Positions 27,170 to 39,646 of a stretch of DNA of 64,000 nt are shown in pieces. Source of the DNA: Bugula neritina. Taxonomy: Eukaryota; Animalia; Bryozoa. Every line of letters begins with the position of its first letter. The stretch's first letter is position 1. Where the stretch lies: positions 9,916,618 to 9,980,617 of the forward strand of contig OZ037772.1 of assembly GCA_964035545.1 (NCBI GenBank), given 5' to 3'. The notes under the pieces are model-generated. The model had not been told where the DNA came from, made no database searches, and saw nothing but the letters and a program-made list of their open reading frames with translations. The position numbers were made by a program, and so were the translations under genes.

Positions 27170-29684
27170 TTTAGCATGGAATATTTAAGAACAGAAATTT
27201 TAAAGAGTTCTTTCGACAATTACATTTTTTCACAACTTTCATTCGAAAATTATAATAATATAATTGAAATAAATAATAAAGGTTAAATGCAAATTTGTAT
27301 TGATTTGTTTACTCTCTTGCTTTTATAGTTAGGGTTTGTTTTAGTTCACGTAAAATTTCTCTGATTGCAAAAACTTTCTCTCAGCACTTATCGTTGTAAA
27401 ATTTTGGGACAAAACTAATAAGTTAAACATGAAAGGTCTTTCTTTCCCCTGATCTGTAACTTTGTATAATTGAAACTATATTTTTATAAGCAGGGACCAG
27501 TTGAGGGTTAATGAGTTTAGTAATCTGGGTCCTTCAGGTTTGAAGTGGGAGAACTAAATTCAAACTTGAGAACCGCAAAATACTACACTCATTAGCCACC
27601 AACTCGGAGCCGCTTATGGATCTTTAAAGGCGGTAAGCTTCCAGGTTATTTATTACATTTGAGCAAAAGTTTGCATGCTTTTCAACTGTTTTATCAGCAT
27701 TTTATCCAATTTCTTATACGAAAACACTACAAAAATGTAAGTAAAAGTGGTCATATTAGGTGTCTTGGACTTGCCCAGACTTGCCCGCGAGCGTGCCCTC
27801 CGTGTCCTATTCTGACGTGGGGATGGCAAAATAGCCCTATTGTAGCGTGAGTTTATATCGCGTAAAGTTATTAAGAAGCGGGTTTGTCACAGATTCTCGT
27901 TATTCGTAGTTCAAATCACATGAATGTTACTCTTCGGGCGGCTACTAATAACTAACGTTAGCTACGCAACATCAAGAAAGGTAACTAATTTGACTGTTTT
28001 CAAATGGACTATTCCATTTCGCTAGTTTGTAACTTGCTGTAAATCACAAAATAATTATTTTCCCTATTTTAATTTCAATTATCATGTCGACCACACTACC
28101 AGAAAATTACTCTTAAATATGCAGTAAATGATGATTTTCAACCGTTTTGTGATGAATTATAGGTTAGTAGTTGTCTACGTAAAACCAAGTTTTAAAATTT
28201 GTAACTGAATCAGTGAAACTGAATCACAGTATCAGTATGACTATGAGTATCACTAGTCTATCACTATGTCTATGACTCTCACTCTAAGTCTATGACTGTC
28301 GCCTATTGGTGAACTATTATTAATAATATTCAATGGTTATATTTATTAATACTATTATCAGTCATAATGATAATCATATGACAGTATCAGTTACGGAGCA
28401 GAATCAGTTTCGAAACTAATACTTATAATATTAGTTATAACTATAAGTATAAGTTATACCAATAGCTATATTTATATTAATATAAATATTTATATTCATA
28501 GTAATACTAATAACAAATGTAAAATTATTATGTTAATAGTTATACTTGTAAGTTATAATATAAAACAAACGACACAAGTATTAATTTGAACTGCTGGTCT
28601 TAAAATAAAAAGTAAAATAAATAATAATATAAATAATAAAATATAAATTATAATAATTTAATTATACTAATACTAATAGCAATACTTATACAGTAATATA
28701 ATTATAATAAATTTATAAAACTCAAACAACTTTAAATTTAAAGAACAACTTTAAATACAAACAAAGATAATATTAAATAATTATAATCATAATGATCATA
28801 ACAATAAATATAATTATGAGTCCAATAATTATCAATATATTATATAATATTTAAATTATTTTAATTTATAATTATAATCATAAATTTTATAGTTATAGTG
28901 AATAAATTCAATTTGACATAACTATAATATTATAAAGCAGTCAGCCTATCTCTAATGCTGATTGAAATTCAGATTGTTATGACTGTATCATTATTCACTA
29001 ACTCTAAGAGTAAGTGGCTACAATTATTAGTATCAATGTTGTGTTAGAGTACTATACCCATTGGAATTTTGATATATCCATTATATTTACAACTCTGCCT
29101 GTTACAGCTATTAATAAATTGAACCAAAATACCAACAGTGCCTAATCATCGCCTTATTTATAAAATAATCACAATCATAATGCTCAAGTTAATAGATTGG
29201 AAATTATTGAAAATTATGTTGATGCCAATATAAATATGACATTGTATGCATCCAAGTAGTGATGTTGTAATATATCTTGGAAGATAATTACATTATAATA
29301 AGAGTTAAATTCCTCTAAGTAACTTTTTTGCAATTATTCCTTAGAATAACTATAACTTATACTCCCAACATTTAATAGCGCATTAGTTTTAGATTGAGCT
29401 ACTAATTGTATTTATTGCATGTGAAAGTTAGTTATTCTCCACCAGCTGCATGAATGTGACTGGTAAATTTTGTAACCTTTGGCAGTAATAACTTTGTAGC
29501 ATAAATTAGACACATTTTTATGAAAATACATAATTTTAATGCTATAGCTGCTAGTAATTCTAATGGGTGTAATAATATTACTTTCACCAGCATTAATTTT
29601 TACTTTGTTCATGCTTCATAAAGCATTTTCTAAATTCTTTTTTGAATAAATATACATATAATGTGCTGAATAGATTACATATGT

Positions 29685-30170
29685 TGGGGTTCTTCCTATA
29701 CTGCAGCTCAGCCTACACTCCCCGCCACAAATGTTCCTAAACTACTAGCTTCATCAGGATACAGATTGATGGAGCTGTATTGATAAAAACTTCTCTTTTT
29801 AGCAGTAGAGGCATCATGAAAAAAAAGGCAAGTATTTTACTCAATAAGAATTCGGTTTTTTACTTCTACAAATTTGATAGCCTACACGATTCTATTTAAA
29901 TGGAAACTGGTCTGACATAATGTGTCTGCAATTTATTAGTTATAATATAGTAAATACTATGCAGGCCTATAGATCAAATGGCTCAAAAAAAATTAAATAA
30001 AACATTACACAATGCTGTATTTATTAGCAATGTAATACTTAGCAACTAATTTCACATTATTATTGTTTGCAAAGTTTCATACATCTACATATGTTTGTTC
30101 AATTCAGTGTTCTGAAGTAGAAGGTTCCAACAGCAGGGAAAAGCCTTGAACAAGATATTATGTTCTACAT
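29685..30170 (+). pseudogene. possible transposase remnants (Kolobok-type), copy 1
   Basis: Short stop-interrupted peptides SSYTAAQPTLPATNVPKLLASSG and CSEVEGSNSREK loosely recall motifs of Kolobok-type transposases. Weak, by-eye similarity only. Confidence 0.25.
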
Positions 30171-30377
30171 CTCCAACTCATTTTAACTTTGCTGGTCAGT
30201 TCATTGTGTATCTGGAGCATAGTTTTGTATTTTCAAGTAGTCCATCAGATACCTTTGTAGATAGTAAAGATTAAAATGCTTGTGCAATGATGTCCATAAT
30301 GTTGAACCGATTTATTGAAACTAAAACTGTTCTCAATTATAACAAAACTTGACAATCTTTACATAAAGAATAATGTC

Positions 30378-31004
30378 CTATAATCTATCTTCATTGTAAA
30401 CAAAATTAGAAAGTTCCACACCAGCAAATTGTTTATCATCATCTGTAGGTGGAAGACGCGTGCACTCAGTTATAAAGGCAAGCTGACAGTGGTTTTCTTT
30501 GCCTTCTATGAAGATTTGGAAAGAGCCAGAAAATTAATACTCTATAACTGCAAAACCATGTTGTAGTGTCTTGTGTTATTGATTGAATCATCTAAAAGAA
30601 AAATTGTTGTATCATTATAATTTTACTGTTAATGAATTAGCAAATCTACTTATCTTGGTAAATATATTCAAGAACAAATACTATAGTGTAACTCAGTTTT
30701 GGTTGTGTATGCTCCTTAAGCAAATTTACAGCAGATATCAAACTATATATTAGAGACTGATATAGGAATTAAATTTAAGCTAACCATGATGATGTAAATA
30801 GCTGTTGTATGTGACTTCGAGAACTCTGCTGGCCATGTCAGTTCAAATACACCAGGGTGATCTGTTACGAATTTCATGTCATTATTGAAATTCAGCTTTT
30901 TCAAGTGCCTCTTCACAACTCTGGCAGCATTCTGACTGCTCCTTAGCTTTCTGCGCCTGAAATTTCTTCTACTTGCACCATTCTTCTATTGGTGGAATGT
31001 TAGC
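30378..31004 (-). pseudogene. KolX / P2X7 C-terminal ballast-like Cys-rich domain, decayed, copy 1
   Basis: Pseudo-exons 31004-30785 (PIEEWCK*K...QSECCQ...VTDHPG...RVLEVTYNSYLHHH) and 30591-30378 (FCSYRVLIFWLFPNLHRRQRKPLSACLYN*...LPPTDDDKQFAG). These follow the WCxC..E..CC..ITxHPG..VL..YR...W...L...R..LPxC....R..P....YxG pattern. Stops and frameshifts present. Confidence 0.7.
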
Positions 31005-32873
31005 CTATAACAAACAGGTGTACCAAAGCTAAAAAAATATCTAATTCACTGCACTAGGATATTATTCAACTCATTTAAATTTAATATATAGCAGTAAAAC
31101 AATCACATAATTGTTTTTATTTTATCAGCTTTACTTTACAAAGCTGAACCATATAATTTAGTAACTTGTCACCATAATAAACTTTGTACAACATACAAAT
31201 TGAAAACCTGATGTGATTGCTTTTTTAATAGAATATACATCAAAAACATGTTACTTTGATGAGCGTGTTTATAATAAAAGTATTAAACCAGTTTGAAAAA
31301 ATTATTTTGTTATATAAGGGATCACAAAACTACATCATTTTAGACCTGTAGCTCAATGTTCCTCAAGCAACGGGCTGCTATGACTAATTAATTTTCTATC
31401 ATTGCATTTGATTGTTCTACTCATAGTGTATTGGCGAATTAAAATTAATGGTAATTTAATGTATATTTTAGCTACCTCTGTACAATCAATGTCATAGTAA
31501 TATCAATTAGGTTTTAAATTTCACTGAGTTTATAGTAAATTACTGCAACCGCTACATAACATTTGGCTAGTTCTCTAGTTCATTAAGTAACCATACGAAC
31601 TTAAATTTACAACATGACAAAACACACAAAGCAAAATTAAAATAAGCATATTATGAACCAATGTAAATGATAAGCGATAATGCTGTTATAAAACATAAAT
31701 TATCAAATTGAAATAGTTATTATTACTATTAGTATTACTATCATTATAACAACTATAACTATTATTAGTATTACTATTACTATTAGTATTAGCAAATTAG
31801 TAGTAAAAAATGAGTAGAGCTCAACATATACAATCTAGCTTACTATAAAAGTAGAAGTAGAACTTTTAAAACTATCATCTGCATCATTATCAGAACTATG
31901 AGTAATACTAGTAGTTGTACTAATAGTAATACTAATTATTAATACTAATAGTATCACTATGAGTATGAGACTTGGGCTGGCAGTGATTATCACTATCAGT
32001 ATCAGCATCGTCATAGTTAAAAGTTACAAGAATTAGAAGCCATATTCATATTCATAGTAATAGTCAATCATTGATTGAGTTAATGTCATAGTGATACTCA
32101 TACTCATAATTAATTTATACGATACTCATACTCATAGTGATAGTGATACTTCACCGTGAATTTAATAATAATTTTAATTTAATATAAATATTATTATTAT
32201 CATTGTTGCTAATATTATAATTATGTCTTACTCTTAGTCTAACAGCAGCTCTATGAAGAAGTTAAACATAACTGATAACAAAACAAATTTAAAAAATAAT
32301 ACTGCAACAATCAATATAATGTATATCAATATGCTAGCAACCTAATTTTCAGCTCACTTCATTAACTTTCCGTGCAGTATTGTGAATTGTGATGAAATAA
32401 ATTTATTAATGGTGACCTTGACATCTTCGTCCAAATGCCTTTCACGTCAAGCCCCGAACCAATTTGTAAAAATTTTGGATTTTTTACTTTTGATTATTTT
32501 TTACGAAAAGAGCTTCAAAATAAATTTTAAAAAAAGTGAGCTGTTGTCCACATGAAAAGAAATATATGAGCTAATTTTCTAAATTCAGGAAGTTACCAGA
32601 GGGTCACAATATTTTTTTAAAAAAATCTTTATTTTCACGACAAGCTCTATATATTGATATAGAAAAAAAGAAGACAACTCTTTTTTCAGATTTTTCATGT
32701 GCCACGGTCACGTCAATATCAGTGCTATTAACACATATATTTTAATTCATTTTTTCTGGTATATTGAGTTGAGATTTTTTGTATATATTTTGTGAATGCT
32801 ACTAAAAAAGTATGATCTTCTAATTAACAGTAATTGATTTTATCAAAATAACCTGGATGCTTACGATGTTTAA

Positions 32874-35800
32874 AGGCGGTAAGCTTCCAGGTTATTTATT
32901 ACATTTGAGCAAAAGTTTGCATGCTTTTCAACTGTTTTATCAGCATTTTATCCAATTTCTTATACGAAAACACTACAAAAATGTAAGTAAAAGTGGTCAT
33001 ATTAGGTGTCTTGGACTTGCCCAGACTTGCCCGCGAGCGTGCCCTCCGTGTCCTATTCTGACGTGGGGATGGCAAAATAGCCCTATTGTAGCGTGAGTTT
33101 ATATCGCGTAAAGTTATTAAGAAGCGGGTTTGTCACAGATTCTCGTTATTCGTAGTTCAAATCACATGAATGTTACTCTTCGGGCGGCTACTAATAACTA
33201 ACGTTAGCTACGCAACATCAAGAAAGGTAACTAATTTGACTGTTTTCAAATGGACTATTCCATTTCGCTAGTTTGTAACTTGCTGTAAATCACAAAATAA
33301 TTATTTTCCCTATTTTAATTTCAATTATCATGTCGACCACACTACCAGAAAATTACTCTTAAATATGCAGTAAATGATGATTTTCAACCGTTTTGTGATG
33401 AATTATAGGTTAGTAGTTGTCTACGTAAAACCAAGTTTTAAAATTTGTAACTGAATCAGTGAAACTGAATCACAGTATCAGTATGACTATGAGTATCACT
33501 AGTCTATCACTATGTCTATGACTCTCACTCTAAGTCTATGACTGTCGCCTATTGGTGAACTATTATTAATAATATTCAATGGTTATATTTATTAATACTA
33601 TTATCAGTCATAATGATAATCATATGACAGTATCAGTTACGGAGCAGAATCAGTTTCGAAACTAATACTTATAATATTAGTTATAACTATAAGTATAAGT
33701 TATACCAATAGCTATATTTATATTAATATAAATATTTATATTCATAGTAATACTAATAACAAATGTAAAATTATTATGTTAATAGTTATACTTGTAAGTT
33801 ATAATATAAAACAAACGACACAAGTATTAATTTGAACTGCTGGTCTTAAAATAAAAAGTAAAATAAATAATAATATAAATAATAAAATATAAATTATAAT
33901 AATTTAATTATACTAATACTAATAGCAATACTTATACAGTAATATAATTATAATAAATTTATAAAACTCAAACAACTTTAAATTTAAAGAACAACTTTAA
34001 ATACAAACAAAGATAATATTAAATAATTATAATCATAATGATCATAACAATAAATATAATTATGAGTCCAATAATTATCAATATATTATATAATATTTAA
34101 ATTATTTTAATTTATAATTATAATCATAAATTTTATAGTTATAGTGAATAAATTCAATTTGACATAACTATAATATTATAAAGCAGTCAGCCTATCTCTA
34201 ATGCTGATTGAAATTCAGATTGTTATGACTGTATCATTATTCACTAACTCTAAGAGTAAGTGGCTACAATTATTAGTATCAATGTTGTGTTAGAGTACTA
34301 TACCCATTGGAATTTTGATATATCCATTATATTTACAACTCTGCCTGTTACAGCTATTAATAAATTGAACCAAAATACCAACAGTGCCTAATCATCGCCT
34401 TATTTATAAAATAATCACAATCATAATGCTCAAGTTAATAGATTGGAAATTATTGAAAATTATGTTGATGCCAATATAAATATGACATTGTATGCATCCA
34501 AGTAGTGATGTTGTAATATATCTTGGAAGATAATTACATTATAATAAGAGTTAAATTCCTCTAAGTAACTTTTTTGCAATTATTCCTTAGAATAACTATA
34601 ACTTATACTCCCAACATTTAATAGCGCATTAGTTTTAGATTGAGCTACTAATTGTATTTATTGCATGTGAAAGTTAGTTATTCTCCACCAGCTGCATGAA
34701 TGTGACTGGTAAATTTTGTAACCTTTGGCAGTAATAACTTTGTAGCATAAATTAGACACATTTTTATGAAAATACATAATTTTAATGCTATAGCTGCTAG
34801 TAATTCTAATGGGTGTAATAATATTACTTTCACCAGCATTAATTTTTACTTTGTTCATGCTTCATAAAGCATTTTCTAAATTCTTTTTTGAATAAATATA
34901 CATATAATGTGCTGAATAGATTACATATGTTGGGGTTCTTCCTATACTGCAGCTCAGCCTACACTCCCCGCCACAAATGTTCCTAAACTACTAGCTTCAT
35001 CAGGATACAGATTGATGGAGCTGTATTGATAAAAACTTCTCTTTTTAGCAGTAGAGGCATCATGAAAAAAAAGGCAAGTATTTTACTCAATAAGAATTCG
35101 GTTTTTTACTTCTACAAATTTGATAGCCTACACGATTCTATTTAAATGGAAACTGGTCTGACATAATGTGTCTGCAATTTATTAGTTATAATATAGTAAA
35201 TACTATGCAGGCCTATAGATCAAATGGCTCAAAAAAAATTAAATAAAACATTACACAATGCTGTATTTATTAGCAATGTAATACTTAGCAACTAATTTCA
35301 CATTATTATTGTTTGCAAAGTTTCATACATCTACATATGTTTGTTCAATTCAGTGTTCTGAAGTAGAAGGTTCCAACAGCAGGGAAAAGCCTTGAACAAG
35401 ATATTATGTTCTACATCTCCAACTCATTTTAACTTTGCTGGTCAGTTCATTGTGTATCTGGAGCATAGTTTTGTATTTTCAAGTAGTCCATCAGATACCT
35501 TTGTAGATAGTAAAGATTAAAATGCTTGTGCAATGATGTCCATAATGTTGAACCGATTTATTGAAACTAAAACTGTTCTCAATTATAACAAAACTTGACA
35601 ATCTTTACATAAAGAATAATGTCCTATAATCTATCTTCATTGTAAACAAAATTAGAAAGTTCCACACCAGCAAATTGTTTATCATCATCTGTAGGTGGAA
35701 GACGCGTGCACTCAGTTATAAAGGCAAGCTGACAGTGGTTTTCTTTGCCTTCTATGAAGATTTGGAAAGAGCCAGAAAATTAATACTCTATAACTGCAAA

Positions 35801-38115
35801 ACCATGTTGTAGTGTCTTGTGTTATTGATTGAATCATCTAAAAGAAAAATTGTTGTATCATTATAATTTTACTGTTAATGAATTAGCAAATCTACTTATC
35901 TTGGTAAATATATTCAAGAACAAATACTATAGTGTAACTCAGTTTTGGTTGTGTATGCTCCTTAAGCAAATTTACAGCAGATATCAAACTATATATTAGA
36001 GACTGATATAGGAATTAAATTTAAGCTAACCATGATGATGTAAATAGCTGTTGTATGTGACTTCGAGAACTCTGCTGGCCATGTCAGTTCAAATACACCA
36101 GGGTGATCTGTTACGAATTTCATGTCATTATTGAAATTCAGCTTTTTCAAGTGCCTCTTCACAACTCTGGCAGCATTCTGACTGCTCCTTAGCTTTCTGC
36201 GCCTGAAATTTCTTCTACTTGCACCATTCTTCTATTGGTGGAATGTTAGCCTATAACAAACAGGTGTACCAAAGCTAAAAAAATATCTAATTCACTGCAC
36301 TAGGATATTATTCAACTCATTTAAATTTAATATATAGCAGTAAAACAATCACATAATTGTTTTTATTTTATCAGCTTTACTTTACAAAGCTGAACCATAT
36401 AATTTAGTAACTTGTCACCATAATAAACTTTGTACAACATACAAATTGAAAACCTGATGTGATTGCTTTTTTAATAGAATATACATCAAAAACATGTTAC
36501 TTTGATGAGCGTGTTTATAATAAAAGTATTAAACCAGTTTGAAAAAATTATTTTGTTATATAAGGGATCACAAAACTACATCATTTTAGACCTGTAGCTC
36601 AATGTTCCTCAAGCAACGGGCTGCTATGACTAATTAATTTTCTATCATTGCATTTGATTGTTCTACTCATAGTGTATTGGCGAATTAAAATTAATGGTAA
36701 TTTAATGTATATTTTAGCTACCTCTGTACAATCAATGTCATAGTAATATCAATTAGGTTTTAAATTTCACTGAGTTTATAGTAAATTACTGCAACCGCTA
36801 CATAACATTTGGCTAGTTCTCTAGTTCATTAAGTAACCATACGAACTTAAATTTACAACATGACAAAACACACAAAGCAAAATTAAAATAAGCATATTAT
36901 GAACCAATGTAAATGATAAGCGATAATGCTGTTATAAAACATAAATTATCAAATTGAAATAGTTATTATTACTATTAGTATTACTATCATTATAACAACT
37001 ATAACTATTATTAGTATTACTATTACTATTAGTATTAGCAAATTAGTAGTAAAAAATGAGTAGAGCTCAACATATACAATCTAGCTTACTATAAAAGTAG
37101 AAGTAGAACTTTTAAAACTATCATCTGCATCATTATCAGAACTATGAGTAATACTAGTAGTTGTACTAATAGTAATACTAATTATTAATACTAATAGTAT
37201 CACTATGAGTATGAGACTTGGGCTGGCAGTGATTATCACTATCAGTATCAGCATCGTCATAGTTAAAAGTTACAAGAATTAGAAGCCATATTCATATTCA
37301 TAGTAATAGTCAATCATTGATTGAGTTAATGTCATAGTGATACTCATACTCATAATTAATTTATACGATACTCATACTCATAGTGATAGTGATACTTCAC
37401 CGTGAATTTAATAATAATTTTAATTTAATATAAATATTATTATTATCATTGTTGCTAATATTATAATTATGTCTTACTCTTAGTCTAACAGCAGCTCTAT
37501 GAAGAAGTTAAACATAACTGATAACAAAACAAATTTAAAAAATAATACTGCAACAATCAATATAATGTATATCAATATGCTAGCAACCTAATTTTCAGCT
37601 CACTTCATTAACTTTCCGTGCAGTATTGTGAATTGTGATGAAATAAATTTATTAATGGTGACCTTGACATCTTCGTCCAAATGCCTTTCACGTCAAGCCC
37701 CGAACCAATTTGTAAAAATTTTGGATTTTTTACTTTTGATTATTTTTTACGAAAAGAGCTTCAAAATAAATTTTAAAAAAAGTGAGCTGTTGTCCACATG
37801 AAAAGAAATATATGAGCTAATTTTCTAAATTCAGGAAGTTACCAGAGGGTCACAATATTTTTTTAAAAAAATCTTTATTTTCACGACAAGCTCTATATAT
37901 TGATATAGAAAAAAAGAAGACAACTCTTTTTTCAGATTTTTCATGTGCCACGGTCACGTCAATATCAGTGCTATTAACACATATATTTTAATTCATTTTT
38001 TCTGGTATATTGAGTTGAGATTTTTTGTATATATTTTGTGAATGCTACTAAAAAAGTATGATCTTCTAATTAACAGTAATTGATTTTATCAAAATAACCT
38101 GGATGCTTACGATGT
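32874..38115. mobile_element. Kolobok-like DNA transposon, copy 2 (head-to-tail with copy 1)
   Basis: Constant offset of 5,246 nt from copy 1 at the start, middle (identical ORFs 29412/34658) and end. TTAA at 32870-32873 and 38116-38119. Confidence 0.78.
35624..36250 (-). pseudogene. KolX / P2X7 ballast-like domain, decayed, copy 2
   Basis: Same sequence as 30378-31004 shifted by 5,246. Confidence 0.7.
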
Positions 38116-38119
38116 TTAA

Positions 38120-38330
38120 ACTAAATTTTCGTCCTTGGCACTGGTCGAGATTATAGAACAAAAACTTGTGATATTGCGGGCGACGCTATTTATGAGCAAC
38201 TGAAGAGAACTCTTCCGATGTTAGAAACGACGTGAATTGGTCGGAATTACCAGAAATGATGTGTTATTGCGCATTAAATTTTTATGTTCCTGATGTCGTC
38301 AAATAAGTACCCTCCTGCGACTAAAACATT
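38120..38330 (+). promoter_or_regulatory. CpG-enriched patch, candidate promoter/first non-coding exon of kinase-propeller gene A
   Basis: Many CG dinucleotides in an otherwise CpG-poor window, ~1.3 kb upstream of the first recognisable exon. Positional inference only. Confidence 0.3.
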
Positions 38331-39646
38331 TGCAATTGTTCATTATTATCATGCAGTACTAGTTATGTTAAAACATTATTTGTCATTTTGATTTTGTGTG
38401 ATTGTAATTGACTATTGGAATACGATACTAATTAATTCGTAGTTGTACTTGTACAACTATCTGTAGTTGTAATCAGTACTCGTCTGTAATGATTAACTTT
38501 GAGGAGTAATGACTAATGTCAATGATTATTCATTAAGTCTAATGAGTTAATCAGTTTCACTTTACTTTTACTTTTAGTTTTAGTCTTTGAGTTTACGCTT
38601 AAGTTTCACAAATTATTTTATGATAATAATATCAATTTCAAAATGCTTCTTTTAGTCTAGCTGTATCCACTTGAACTTCAATTGAAACTTTAGGCCTAGT
38701 TTAAAATCTAAAAGTTATTCTCATTCTCAGAATGATTCTGTAATCGTGTGACTTTCAACTTCGGCCCTATCAAGATGATCATGAATCATCATGATAATCA
38801 TGATGATCATGATCATGATAATCATGATGAAGCTGAAAATAGCATTAAAAGTATGATGCCCATTAGGCAATAATGATGTTATCATTATGCTATAAATTCA
38901 CAGTGATGTGTAACATTTATATTTGAATTCAGCTTTCAACTGCCACTACTATTTTACCGATTGAGAATAAAAATATGATAGTTATATAGTTTAGGTTATG
39001 CTGTAATTTAGTATTATCAAATTATGTTATTTTCAATCTAATATAGGTTAACTAACTGATTGTTGTTGACCGTTAATTTTCAGGCTCATATCTTCAATCA
39101 GCTTGAGTATCTGTAGTAACTAAAATAGTAATAAATATCAAATGACACTGACACTGATACTCATAGTTAGTTGCATAAGTGACAACGTTTTCATAATGCT
39201 TGTACTTGTAGGTATAAGCTTTGAAATACTAGTAGATGTAGGAAGTAGAGGCTTCAAAGGTACTCTGAAGTCCAAGTTTGATGATAATTTCATGGTGTTG
39301 GTGTTATTTTTGCTAATATTTAAAACAATTAAAATATACGTGTTTCAGATTATATACTCTTGAGTGACTGAAATAGGTAATCAGCTATTGTAGTTGATGT
39401 CATTTTGCTTCATCATTATTGTTTTAGTTATTGGAATAAACAAGCTTCTCATTCCCTTTTTGTAATGCTAATAGAGTTCTGGAGTTATGCGATTCTATAA
39501 AATTGTATATATGAAGTTTTATTATCGTCTCTAAAGCTGTGTGCATACCAAGACACATTGTTTTCACATACCTAACAACCGACTAATCCTTATATCGATA
39601 CTATGACCAATGTGAATTAATAATTTTAATATTTGCTTTAATGTAG

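Larger units (their letters stand above)
27628..32869. mobile_element. Kolobok-like DNA transposon, copy 1 (5,242 bp, non-autonomous/decayed)
   Basis: Flanked by TTAA at 27624-27627 and 32870-32873. Imperfect terminal inverted repeats AGGCGGTAAGCTTCCAGGTTATTT / AAATAACCTGGATGCTTACGATGT. Internal P2X7-ballast/KolX-like pseudo-exons. Confidence 0.75.

Noticed and set aside
27659-27850. Short ORF at the transposon left end (and 32857-33096, 29412-29612, 34658-34858)
   Set aside because: No recognisable domain; duplicated only because the element is duplicated.
27628-38115. piggyBac or Crypton assignment for the TTAA-flanked element
   Set aside because: The ends lack the CCY..RGG piggyBac termini, and no tyrosine-recombinase remnant was recognised. 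The KolX-like gene favours Kolobok, though the superfamily call is not certain.
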